This document shows positions 47,936 through 60,600 of a DNA stretch of 64,000 nt, piece by piece (position 1 is the first letter of the stretch; each line of letters begins with the position of its first letter). The stretch comes from Azolla caroliniana (Eukaryota; Plantae; Polypodiophyta): positions 62,001-126,000 of the forward strand of contig JBHGNT010000052.1 in NCBI GenBank assembly GCA_043228905.1, given 5' to 3'. A program made the translations under genes and the position numbers. The notes beneath the pieces are model-generated. The model was not told the DNA's origin, did not search any database, and saw nothing but the letters and a program-made list of their open reading frames with translations.

Positions 47936-47943
47936 TAATATGC

Positions 47944-50900
47944 AAAATCAGGATTTTGAAACTTAGGCTAAGAGACATGAAGAAAAAATTAAAGTTGAGG
48001 AGGTCGTAGACAAGAACGACTGAGTAAATGAAAATGTTCATATCTGGCATGTGCTATATCGGGGTTCTGTGTTCAAACATGCGAATCGAAGGTAAAAACG
48101 ATAGTTATGATATGGATTTGAAAAATCGGGATTTTGAAACTTAAGTTAAAAGACATGAAGAAAAAATTAAGGTTGAGGAGGTCGTAGACAAGAACGACTG
48201 AGTAAATGAAAATGTTCATACCTGGCTCGTGTGACATCGGATTTTTGTGTTCAAGCATGCAAATTGAAGCTAACATCGCTAGTTATGATATGGAATTGAA
48301 AACTCAGGATTCTGAAACTTAGGTCGCGACACATGATGAAAAAAGCAAAGTTGAGGAGGTTGTAGACAAATGCACGTGAGTAAATGAAAATGTTCATACA
48401 TGGTTCCTCTGACATCCGATTTTTGTGTTCAAACATGCGAATCGAAGGTAAAAATGCTAGTTATGATATGAAATTAAAAACTCAGGATTCTAAACGTCAG
48501 GTCGCAAGACATGACGAAAAAAGCAAAGTTGAGGAGGTCATAGACAAGATCGCGTGAGTAAATGAAAATGTTCATACCTGGCTCGTGTGACATCCGATTT
48601 TTGTGTTCAAACATGAAAATCGAAGGTAACAACGCTAGTTATGATATGGAATTGAAAACTCATGATTTTGAAACTCAGGTCAAGAGACATGATGAAAAAA
48701 GCAAACTTGAGGAGGTCGTAGACATGAGCCCGTGAGTAAATCAAAATGTTCATACCTGGCTCGTGTGACATCGGATTTTTGTGTTCAAACATGCGAATCA
48801 AAGATAACAATGCTAGTTATGATATCTAATTGAAAAATCACGATTTGACAGCTTAGGTCGAGAATCATGATGGAAAATGCAGAGTTGAGGAGGTCGTAGA
48901 CAAGAGCGCGTGAGTAAATGAAAATGTTCATACCTGGCTCATGCAATATCGGATTTCTGTGTTAAAACATGCAAATCGAAGGTAAAAAAGCTAGTTATAA
49001 TATGGATTTGAAAAATCACGATTTTGAAACTCAGGTCGAGAGATATGATGAAAAAAGCAAACTTGAGGAGCTCGTAGACAAGAGCGCGTGAGTAAATGAA
49101 AATGTTCATACCGGACTCGTGTGATATCGGGGTTCTGTGTTCAAACATGCGAATCGAAGGTAACAATGCTAGTTATGATATGGAACTGAAAAATCACAAT
49201 TTTGAAACTCAGGTCGAGAGATATGATGAAAAAAGCAAACTTGAGGAGCTCGTAGACAAGAGCGCGTGAGTAAATGAAAATGTTCATACCGGACTCGTGT
49301 GATATCGGGGTTCTGTGTTCAAACATGCGAATCGAAGGTAACAATGCTAGTTATGATATGGAACTGAAAAATCACGATTTGGAAACTAAGGTAGAGAAAC
49401 ATAAAGAAGAAAGCAAACTTTAGGAGGTCGTAGACAAGAGCGCGTGAGTAAATGAAAATGTACATACCTGTCTCGTGTGATATCGGATTTCTGTGTTCAA
49501 GCATGCGAATTGAAGCTAAGTACGCTATCTACGATATCAAATTGAGAAATCACGATTTTTAAACTCAGGTCTAGAGACATTAAGAAAAAAGCAAAGTTGA
49601 GGAGGTCGTAGACGAGAGCGCGTGAGTAACTCAAAATGTTCATACCTTGCTCGTGTGACATCGGATTTTTGTGTTCAAACATGCGAATTGAAGGTAACAA
49701 TGCTAGTTATGATATGGAATTGAAAACTCACGAGTTTGAAACTCAGGTCGAGAGACATGATGAAAAAAGAAAACTTGAGGAGGTCGTAGACGAGAACGCG
49801 TGAGTAAATTAAAATGTTCATACCTTTCTCGTGTAATATCGGATTTTTGTGTTCAAACTTGCCAAGCGAAGGTAAAAACACTAGTTATGATATGAATTTC
49901 AAAAATTTCGATTTTCAAATTCAGGTCGAGAGACATGATGAAAAAAGCAAACTTGAGGAGGTCTTAGACAAGAGCGCGTGAGTAAATGAAAATGTTCAGA
50001 CCTGGCTCGTGTGACATTTGATTTTTGTGTTCAAACATGCGAATCGAAGGTAACAATACTAGTTATGATATGGAATTGAAAACTCACGATTTTGAAACTC
50101 AGGTCGAGAGACATGATAAAAAAAGCAAACTTGAGGAGGTCGTAGACAAGAGCGTGTGAGTAAATTAAAATGTTCATACCTGTCTCGTGTAATATCCGAT
50201 TCTTGTGTTCAAACATGCGAACCGAAGGTAATAACGGTAGTTATGATATGGATTTGAAAAATCACGATTTTGTAACTCAGGTTGAGAGACATGAAGGGAA
50301 AAGCAAACTTCAGTAGGTCATAGACAAGAGGGCGTGAGTAAATGAAAATGTTCATATCTGGCACGTGGTATATCGGGGTTCTGTGTTCAAACATGCGAAT
50401 CGAAGGTAACAACGCTAGTTATGATATGGAACTGAAAAATTACGATTTGGAAACTCAGGTAGAGAAACATAAAGAAGAAAGCAAAGTTGAGGAGGTCGTA
50501 GACAAGAGCGCGTGAATAAATAAAAATGTACATACCTGGCTCGTGTGATATCGGATTTTTGTGTTCAAGCATGCGAATTGAAGTTAAGTACGCTATCTAC
50601 GATATCGAATTGAGAAATCACGATTTTTAAACTCAGGCCGAGAGACATTAAGAAAAAAGCGAAGTTGAGGAGGTCGTAGACAAGAGCGCGTGAGTAAATG
50701 AAAATGTTCATACCTAGCTCGTGTCACATCGGATTTATGTGTTCAAACATGCGAATCGAAGGTAACAATTCTAGTTATGATATGGAATTGAAAACTCACG
50801 ATTTTGTAACTCAGGTCGAGAGACATGATAAAAAAAGAAAACTTGAGGAGGTCATAGACAAAAGCGCGTGAGTATATTAAAATGTTCATACCTGTCTCGT

Positions 50901-53900
50901 GTAATATCGGATTTTTGTGTTCAAACATGCCAATCGAAGGTAAAAACGCTAGTTATGATATGGAATTGAAAACTCATGATTTTGAAAGTCAGATCAAGAG
51001 ACATGATGAAAATAGCAAACTTGAGGATGTCTTAGACAAGAGCGCGTGAGTAAATGAAAATGTTCAGACCTGGCTCGTGTGACATTGGATTTTTGTGTTC
51101 AAACATGCGAATCGAAGGTAACAATACTAGTTATGATATGGAATTGAAAACTCAAGATTTTGAAACTCAGGTCAAGAGACATGATAAAAAAAGGAAACTT
51201 GAGGAGGTCGTAGACAAGAGCGTGTGAGTAAATTAAAATGTTCATACCTGTCTCGTGTAATATCCGATTCTTGTGTTCAAACATGCGAATCGAAGGTAAA
51301 AACGCTAGTTTTGATATGGATTTGAAAAATCACGATTTTGAAACTCAGGTTGAGAGACATCAAGAGAAAAGCAAAGTTGAGTAGGTCGTAGACAAGAGGG
51401 CGTGAGTAAATGAAAATGTTCATATCTGGCACGTGGTATATCGGGGTTCTGTGTTCAAACATGCGAATCGAAGGTAACTACGCTAGTTATGATATGGAAC
51501 TGAAAAATCACGATTTGGAAACTCAGGTAGAGAAACATGAAGAAGAAAGCAAAGTTGAGGAGGTCGTAGACAAGAGCGCATGAATAAACGGAAATGTACA
51601 TACCTGGCTCGTGTGATATCGGATTTTTGTGTTCAAGCATGCGAATTGAAGTTAAGTATGTTATCTACGATATCGAATTGAGAAATCATGATTTTTAAAC
51701 TCAGGTCGAGAGACATTCAGAAAAAAGCGAAGTTGAGGAGGTCGTAGACAAGAGCGCGTGAGTAAATCAAAATGTTCATACCTGGCTCGTGTCACATCGG
51801 ATTTATGTGTTCAAACATGCGAATCGAAGGTAACAATGTTACTTATGATATGGAATTGAAAACTCACGATTTTGAAACTCAGGTCAAGAGACATGATGAA
51901 AAAAGAAAACTTGAGGAGGTCGTAGACAAAAGCGCGTGAGCATATTAAAATGTTCATACCTGTCTCGTGTAATATCGGATTTTTGTGTTCAAACATGCCA
52001 ATCAAAGGTAAAAACGCTAGTTATGATATGGAATTGAAAACTCATGATTTTGAAAGTCAGATCGAGAGACATGATGAAAACAGCAAACTTGAGGAGGTCC
52101 TAGACAAGAGTGCGTGAGTAAATTAAAATGTTCAAACCTGTCTCGTGTAATATTGGATTTTTGTGTTCAAACATGCGAATCGATGGTAACAACGCTACTT
52201 ATGATATGGAATTGAAAACTCATGATTTTGAAACTCAGGTCGCGAGACATGCTGAATAAAGGAAAGTTGAGGAGGTCGTAGACAAGAGGAGGGGAGTAAA
52301 TGAAAATGTTCATATCTGGCTAGTCCGATATCTGAGTCTGTGTTCAAACATGCGAATCAAATGTAACAACGTTAGTTATGATATGAAATCGAAAAATCCC
52401 TATTTGGAAGCTAAGGTCGAGAGACATAAACAAAATAGCAAAGTTGAGCATGTCGTAGACATGAGGGCGTGAGTAAATGAAAATTATCATATTTGGCACG
52501 TGCAATATCGGAGTGTTATGTTCAAACTTCCGAATAGAAGGTAATAGTGCTAATTATGATATGGAATTGAAAACTCACGATTTCCAAACTAAAGGCGTGA
52601 GCCATGATGAAAAAAGCAAAGTTGAGGAGGTCGTAGACAAGACAGGGTGAGTAAATGAAAATGTTCATACCTGGCTCGTGTGATATCGGATTTTTGTGTT
52701 CAAACATCCGAATTGAAGCTAAGTATGCTATTTATGATATCTAATTGAAAAATGATGATTTTGAAGCCTAGGTCAAGACACATGATGGAAATAGCAGAGT
52801 TGAGGAGGTCGGAGACAAGAGCGCGTGAGTAAATGAAAATGTTCATACCTGGCTCCTGGAATATCGGATTTCTGTGTTAAAACATGCAAATCGAAGGTAA
52901 AAAAGCGAGTTATGATATGGATTTGAAAAATCACGATTTTGAAACTCAGGTCGAGAGATATGATGAAAAAAGCAAACTTGAGGAGCTCGTAGACAAGAGC
53001 GCATGAGTAAATGTAAATGTTCATACCGGACTCGTGTGATATCGGGGTTCTGTGTTCAAACATGCGAATCGAAGGTAACAATGCTAGTTATGATATGGAA
53101 CTGAAAAATCACGATTTTGAAACTAAGGTAGAGAAACATAAAGAAGAAAGCAAACTTGAGGAGGTCGTAGACAAGAGCGCGTGAGTAAATGAAAATGTAC
53201 ATACCTGTCTCGTGTGATATCGGATTTCTATGTTCAAGCATGCGAATTGAAGCTAAGTACGCTATCTACGATATCAAATTGAGAAATCACGATTTTTAAA
53301 CTCAGGTCCAGAGACATTAAGAAAAAAGCAAAGTTGAGGAGGTCATAGACAAGAGCGCGTGAGTACATGAAAATTATCATATTTGGCACGTGCAATATCG
53401 GAGTGTTGTGTTGAAACATGCGAATAGAAGGTAACAGTGCTAGTTATGATATGGAATTGAAAACTCACGATTTCCAAACTAAAGTCGCGCGACATGATGA
53501 AAAAAGCAAAGTTGAGGAGGTGAGTAGACAAGACAGGGTGAGTAAATGAAAATGTTCATACCTAGCTCGTGTGATATCGGATTTTTGTGTTCAAGCATGC
53601 GAATTGAAGCTAAGTACGCTATTTATGATATCTAATTGAAAATTCACGATTTTGAAGCTTAGGTCGAGAGACATGATGGAAAAAGCAGAGTTGACGAGGT
53701 CATAGACAAGAGCGCGTGAGTAAATGAAAATGTTCATACCTAGCTCGTGCAATATCGGATTTCTGTGTTAAAACATGCAAATCGAAGGTAAAAAAGCTAG
53801 TTATGATATGGATTTGAAAAATCACAATTTTGAAATTCAGGTTGAGAGACATGAAGAAAAAAGCAAAGTTGAGTAGGTCGTAGACATGAGGGTGTGAGTA

Positions 53901-54700
53901 AATGAAAATGTTCATATCTGGCACGTGCTCTATCGGGGTTCTGTGTTCAAACTTGCGAATCAAAGGTAACAATGCTAGTTATGATATAGAACTGAAAAAT
54001 CACGATTTTGAAACTGAGGTAGTGAAACATAAAGAAGAAAGCAAAGTTGAGTAGGTCGTAGACAAGAGGGCGTGAGTAAATGAAAATGTTCATATCTGGC
54101 ACGTGCTAAATCGGGGTTCTGTGTTCAAACATGCGAATCGAAGGTAACAACGCTAGTTATGATATGGAACTGAAAAATCACGATTTTCAAACTCAGGTAG
54201 AGAAACATAAAGAAGAAAGCAAAGTTGAGGAGGTCGTAGACAAGAGCGCATGAGTAAATGAAAATGTACATACCTAGCTCGTGTGATATCGGATTTTTGT
54301 GTTCAAGCATGCAAATTGAAGCTAAGTACGCTATCTACGAGATTGAATATAGAAATCACGATTTTGAAACTCAGGTCGAGAGACATGAAGAAAGAAGCAA
54401 AGTTGAGGAGGTCGTAGACAAGAGCGCGTGAGTAAATGAGTTCATACCTGGCTTGTGTGATATCAAATTTTGGTGTTCAAATATGCGAATGGAAGGTAAC
54501 AACGCTAGTTATGATATGGAATTGAAAACTCAAGATTCTGAACCTCAGGTCTCAAGACATTATGAAAATAGCAAAGTTGAGTAGGTCGTAGACAAGAGCG
54601 CGGGAGTAAATTAAAATGTTCAGACCTGGCTCGTGTGACATCGGATTTTTGTGCTCAAACATGCGAATCGAAGGTAACAATACTAGTTATGATATGGAAT
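47944..54700. repeat. 178-bp satellite, subfamily A, block 4
   Basis: Same monomer with 178-bp steps. Contains a 1068-bp (6-mer) local duplication. Confidence 0.97.
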
Positions 54701-55322
54701 CGTATTAAACCTGAAACTTACTCATGTGGAAAGGTCTGGTTGGTTTTGATACTCTGTTCTTTCATACAATATCCATCTGAATCAATGGTAGAAATTGCAC
54801 AACCAAAGCCTATGATGAATTTGGATACAGTTGCTGCTTTTTATTTCTTATATAAAGGGTTTAGGTTTAACTATAGTAATAGGTTTGTGTATGATACATT
54901 GCATCGTAAGGAACCCGATAATGCTTGGGTATGTGCTACCATTGTTTCAACTAGTAAAAGATGTGTTTTTTGTTGCCTGTTTTTATTTCTTATATGAAGA
55001 GTTCAATGATCCCCCATGGATTTATATCATCTTGTTCATTGCATTTGAGCTTGTGTTCCTGAATGATGTCATGTTCTCTCCTTCCTTGCTGCTTTTCTCA
55101 TTTTGAATTTTGAAAGCCAACTCGAAAAATGCCATTGTGGCAAGAATTAAATTCCAATAAATGCTTGGTTATGGTATCTTAATGGAATAGTATTAAACCT
55201 GAAACTTACTGATGTGGAAAGGTCTGGTTGGTTTTGATACTCTGTTCTTTCATACAATATCCATCTGAATCAATGGTAGAAATTGCACAACCAAAGCCTA
55301 TGATAAATTTGGATACAATTGC
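54694..55322. repeat. ~140-bp direct repeat pair (54694-54835 and 55182-55322)
   Basis: ATGGAAT(C/A)GTATTAAACCTGAAACTTACT(C/G)ATGTGGAAAGGTCTGG...TTTGGATACA occurs twice, 488 bp apart. Confidence 0.9.
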
Positions 55323-55416
55323 ACCGTGTTTTATTTGCTAGAATAAATTAAGAATAGTCTTGCGTGCCTAAAAATTACGATAGATTTTTTATGTCTTCTA
55401 TGTGCTACAATAACAG

Positions 55417-55783
55417 GTGGATCAAACACGAATAAAAGATGATCTTTTTGGAACTTGGGAAGTTCTCACGGAGCCTATACAAACGGTTTGTTTACTAATT
55501 ATGATGATCGTAATGCAGTATGAACATTTTCTATATTACGGATGCAGTTTTTATTAACGTGATAAAATGGATGAGAAATTCTTTGCAGGTCATGCGGGAA
55601 TTTTGTGTTCCTGAAGCATACAAAAAGCTAAAGGCTCTTACTCGAGGAAATACAATAGGAAAAGAGGATTTGCAACTATTCATCGATAGTTTAGATATTC
55701 CTTCAGACGTTAAACATGAATTGCTACAGCTTACACCTGAAACGTATATTGGTTTAGCAGCTGAACTTGGGAACAACATCTAA
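55417..55783 (+). pseudogene. purB: Adenylosuccinate lyase (PurB/ADSL) 3' fragment: last two exons 55417-55485 and 55589-55783, GT-AG intron 55486-55588
   Basis: Spliced translation VDQTRIKDDLFGTWEVLTEPIQT|VMREFCVPEAYKKLKALTRGNTIGKEDLQLFIDSLDIPSDVKHELLQLTPETYIGLAAELG* matches the PurB C-terminal pattern WEVLAEPIQTVMR....PYEKLKELTRG...LTP..YIG.A. No upstream exons found. Confidence 0.85.
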
Positions 55784-55872
55784 TTTGCCTCTTCCAAGGT
55801 CAAATCAGTATTTTTTGTGAGCCGGAAGTTAAGAGGCAATAATTTAATTCTTCTTGATAAGATGTGTTTGGA

Positions 55873-55913
55873 TTTAGGGGGTTTAGGGTTTAGTTTAGGG
55901 TTTAGGGTTTAGG
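55873..55913 (+). repeat. Interstitial TTTAGGG telomere-type repeats (~5-6 imperfect units)
   Basis: TTTAGGGGGTTTAGGGTTTAGTTTAGGGTTTAGGGTTTAGG. Confidence 0.85.
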
Positions 55914-57095
55914 ACTTCAAGAGGCTCAAATGTTGATTGCAACAAAATGTTTTTGGTCTTTAACTTTGGAGATTTTGGTCTCCAAAACCAAACCTTAGAA
56001 TCTTTTTGTGGTTGGCAATTTGTGTAATTTGAAGTTTTAAGTATTTTCAAAACACATTTATATCAACTGTTATTTTGGTAGTGGAATTTTTAATGCTTTG
56101 ATGACAGAGGTTGTCAGAATCGGGCTATGGGAAACTCCCGTAGTTTTTTAGAAAAAGATCTAATAGTGCAAATTGCACTTGGCCTCTGAAATGCACCCTA
56201 CACTGTTGTGGCCGTGATTCCCTCACCAAGCCTGATTATCAGTTGGGTGCAAATAAACACAAGCCTTCTACATACAGACATACATATACTTACTTTATGA
56301 GCCCGCCAAATCCCACGAAAACTAGAGATTTTGAGTTACATACATATGTAGAGACCTCTAATTGTGTCATGTGGCCAAAAGACCCTTTTGCTCATCTAAC
56401 AAGTGAATGGTGTTCCCATTGGTCGGTCCTATGAAAGAGTTGCGAGTAATTTCACAAGTTTTCTCACTCTTTCTCTATATGTGTGCATGTGCATGTGTGG
56501 ATGCATGTCTGTCTCACGGTATGTTAAGGTTTTATGTAGTTTTTATGCCAAAGGTTTTGTTTATGATGAAATTAGGTGTCGCGTCGTGACATATGTGGCT
56601 GATCGTGATGACCACATACACATAAGCATTAATTAGATGTTTTTGATCCTTGCCCCGATGACACAATGACTCACCTTTGTTTGTTTACACAATACATTGT
56701 CATATAACAATTATCCCCATATTTGCAATCCTATTCTAAAAGCCTGAACATCATGGTTGGTTTTGACACATTGAACCCAATCCTTTCTTCTTCTTCTTTT
56801 TAATAACAAGCTCCTCCCCCTTCTTCGCAATGTGTTGTTTTAATAGCAAACGATTAGCACACATGTGGTTACCCCGCCATAAAACCCTACATCGTTTACA
56901 ATTGTTTTTATTACAATCTTCGAAGAAATTATTTGAATGTATTCCTCTGTCTTTACACATCTAGATTGTTCACCTTTCATGTTGGTAATGCGCAGACAAA
57001 AGAGAGGTATTGGGCTTGACTCAGAGTCACATGAAAGCTCGAGAAACATGTCTTTCACATAGCGAATTCTTGTGGTATTGAATTGAAGGTATTGC

Positions 57096-57430
57096 CAACC
57101 CAATCCAACCAAACCATATCCTACAAATTGAACCATATCATGCTGAATTAAGCCCAATTAAACCAAACCATACCATACCAAAATGAAACCAAGCCATACA
57201 AGACCATACCACACCAAATTAAACTAAATCAAACATACTATACCATACCGGACCAAATTAAACCCAATAAAACATACCATACCAAATTAAACCAAATCAA
57301 ACATACCATACCGGACCTAATTAAACCCAATCAAACATACCATACCACACCATACCAAATTAAACCAAATCAAACATACCATACCATACCATACCATACT
57401 ATACTATACCAAACCAAACCATAACCATAT
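57096..57430. repeat. Degenerate ACCAT/ACCAA pentamer microsatellite
   Basis: Runs such as ACCATACCATACCATACCATAC and ACCAAACCAAACC, with a recurring ACCAAATTAAACC(A/C)AATCAAACAT subunit. Confidence 0.85.
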
Positions 57431-57602
57431 CACAAATTTCACACCAAGATAGCTGCCTCGATAGGCAAATGATCGATTTGAAGGAAATATTTACATTTTT
57501 CATGCGGAAGAGAAGCATGTGTCCATCAAGCGAGATCTTCAGGAGGAAGTACATAATCATTACGTTACTTCAAGAGGGATTGAAGCAGGGCATTTCTGGT
57601 AA

Positions 57603-60600
57603 ATACCTGGGTCGTGTGATATCGGATTTCTGTGTTCAAACATGCGAATCGAAGCTAACAACGCTAGCTTTGATATGGACTAAAAAAACCAAGATTTTGA
57701 AACTCAGGTCGAGAGACATGACGCTATTAGCAAATTTGAGGAGGGAGTGGAGAAGAGCTCTTGAGTAAATTAAAATGTTCATACCTGGCTCGTGTGATAT
57801 CGGTTTTTTGTGTTCAAACATGCGAATCGAAGCTAACAACGCTAGCTATGATATGAAATTAAAAAATCGAGATTTTGAAACTCAGGTCGAGAGACATGAA
57901 CAAAATTAGCAAACTTGAGGAGGGAGTTGAGAAGAGCCCTTGAGAAAATTAAAATGTTCATACCTGGGTCATGTGATAGTGGATTTCTATGTTCAAACAT
58001 GCGAATCGAAGCTAACAACGCTAGCTTTGATATGGAATTAAAAATTCAAGATTTTGAAACGCACGTCGAGAGAAATCAAGAAATTAGCAAATTTGAGGAG
58101 GGAGTGGAGAAGAGCGCGGGAGCAAATTAAAATGTTCATACCTGGCTCGTGTGATATCGGATTTCTGTGTTAAAACATGCGAATCGAAGCTTACAATGCT
58201 AGCTATAATATAGAATTAAAAATCCAAGTTTTTGAAACTCAGATCGAGAGACATCAAGAAATTAGCAAATTTGAGGAGGTCGTTGAGAAGAGCGCGGGAG
58301 TAAATTAAAATGTTCATACCTGGCTCGTGTGATATCGGATATCTGTGTTCAAACATGAGAATCGAAGCTAACAACACTAGCTATGATATGGAATTAAAAA
58401 TCCAAGATTTTGAAACGCACGTCGAGAGAAATGACGAAATTAGCAAATTTGAAGAGGGAGTGGAGAAGAGCGCGGGAGTAAATTAAAATGCTCATACCTG
58501 GCTCGTGTGATATCGGATTTCTGTGTTCAAACATGCGAATCGAAGCTTACAATGCTAGCTATTATATAGAATTAAAAAATCAAGATTTTGAAACTCAGGT
58601 CGAGAGACATCAAGAAATTAGCAAATTTGAGGAGGTCGTTCAGAAGAGCTCTTCAGTAAATTAAAATGTTCATACCTGGCTCATGTGATATCGGATTTTT
58701 GTGTTCAAACATGCGAATTGAAACTACCAATGCTAGCTATGATATGGAATTCAAAATTCAAAATTTTGAAACTCAGGTAGAGAGACATGAACAAAATTAG
58801 CAAATTTGAGGAGGGAGTTTAGAAGAGCCATTCAGCAAATTAAAATGTTCATTCTTGGGTCGTGTGATATCGGATAGCTGTGTTCAAACCTGCGAATCGA
58901 AGCTAACAACGCTAGCTATAATATAGAATTAAAAATTCAAGATTTTGAAACTAAGGTCGAGAGACATGACGACATTAACATATTTGAGGAGGGAGTGGAG
59001 AAGAGGTCTTGAGTAAATTAAAATGTTAATACCTGGCTCGTGTGATATCGGATTTCTGTGTTCAAACATGCGAATCGAAGCTAACAACGTTAGCTTTGAT
59101 ATGGAATTAAAAAAGCAAGATTTTGAAACTCAGGTCGAGAGACATGACGAAATTGGCATATATGAGGAGGGAGTGGATAAGAGCGCGTGAGTAAATTAAA
59201 ATGTTCATACCTGCCTCGTGTAATATCGGATTTGTGTGGTCAAACACGCGAATCGAAGCTAACAACACTAGCTATGATATGGAATTAAAAAACCAACATT
59301 TTGAAACGCACATCGAAGGACATGAAGAAATTAGCAAATTTGAGGATGTCATTGAGAAGAGCGCGAGAGTAAATTAAAATGTTCATACCTAGCTCTTGTG
59401 ATATTGGATATCTGTGTTCAAACATGCGAATCGAAGCTAAGAACACTAGCTATGATATAAATTAGAAAACCAAGATTTTGAAACTCAGGTCGAGAGATAT
59501 GACGAAATTAGCAAATTTGAGGAGCGAGTGGAGAAGAGCTCGTGAGTAAATGAAAATGCTCATATCTAGGTCGTGTGATATCGGATTTCTGTGTTCAAAC
59601 ATGCGAATCGAAGCTAACAACGCTAGCTTTGATATGGAATTAAAAAAACATGATTTTGAAAATCAGGTCGAGAGACATGACGACATTCGCATATTTGATT
59701 AGCATATTTGAGGAGGGAGTGGAGAAGAGTTCTTGAGTAAACTAAAATGTTCATACCTGGGTCGTGTGATATCGGACTTCTGTGTTCAAACATGCGAATC
59801 GAAGCTTACAATGCTAGCTATTATATAGAATTAGAAAATCAAGATTTTGAAACTCAGGTCGAGAGACATGAAGAAATTAGCAAATTTGAGGAGGGAGTGG
59901 AGAAGAGCTCGTGAGTAAATTAAAATGTTCATAGCTAGCTCGTGTTATATCGGATTTCTGTGTTCAACCATGAGAATCGAAGCTAACAACACTAGCTATG
60001 ATATGGAATTAAAAATTCAAGATTTTGAAACACACGTCGAGAGACATGACAGAATTAGCAAATTTGAGGAGCGAGTGGAGAAGAGCGCGGGAGAAAATTA
60101 AAATGTTCATACCTGGCTCATGTGATATCGGATTTATATGTTCAAACATGCGAATCGGAGCTTACAATGCTAGCTATGATATAGAATTAAAAAATCAAGA
60201 TTTTGACACTCAGGTCGAGAGACATGAGGAAATTAGCAAATTTGAGGAGGTCGTTGAGAAGAGCGCGGGAGTAAATTAAAATGTTCATACTTGGCTCGTG
60301 TGATATCGGTTATCTGTGTTCAAAGATGCGAATCGAAGCTAACAACACTAGCTATAGAAAGGAATTAAAAATTCAAGATTTTGAAACTCAGGTCGAGCGA
60401 TATGACGAAATTAGCAAATTTGAGGAGGCAGTGGAGAAGAGCGCGGGAGTAAATTAAAATGTTCATACCTATGTCGTATAATATCGGATTTCTGTGTTCA
60501 AACATGCGAATCGAAGCTAACAACACTAGCTATGGTATGAAATTTAAAAACCAAGATTTTGAAACTCAGGTCGAGAGACATTCCGAAATTAGCATATTTG

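Larger units (their letters stand above)
44014..47943 (+). mobile_element. Endonuclease-lacking Penelope-like retroelement (Athena/Coprina-type architecture), 5'-truncated
   Basis: PLE-type RT ORF without a GIY-YIG domain, upstream ORF1, hammerhead ribozyme, C/A-rich and G-poor sense strand, CCCTAAA-rich tail, no TSD. The 3' boundary is uncertain because the last ~500 bp could be a separate repeat. Confidence 0.85.

Noticed and set aside
95-54310. Dozens of 61-67 aa minus-strand ORFs (MFEHKNPISHEPGMNIFIYSR...) as a peptide gene family
   Set aside because: They are one stop-poor frame of the 178-bp monomer. The unit is not a multiple of 3, many copies have stops or indels, and there is no gene context.
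56243-57157. Short ORFs in the unique island downstream of purB
   Set aside because: No recognisable domains. They overlap on both strands and are consistent with random AT-rich sequence.
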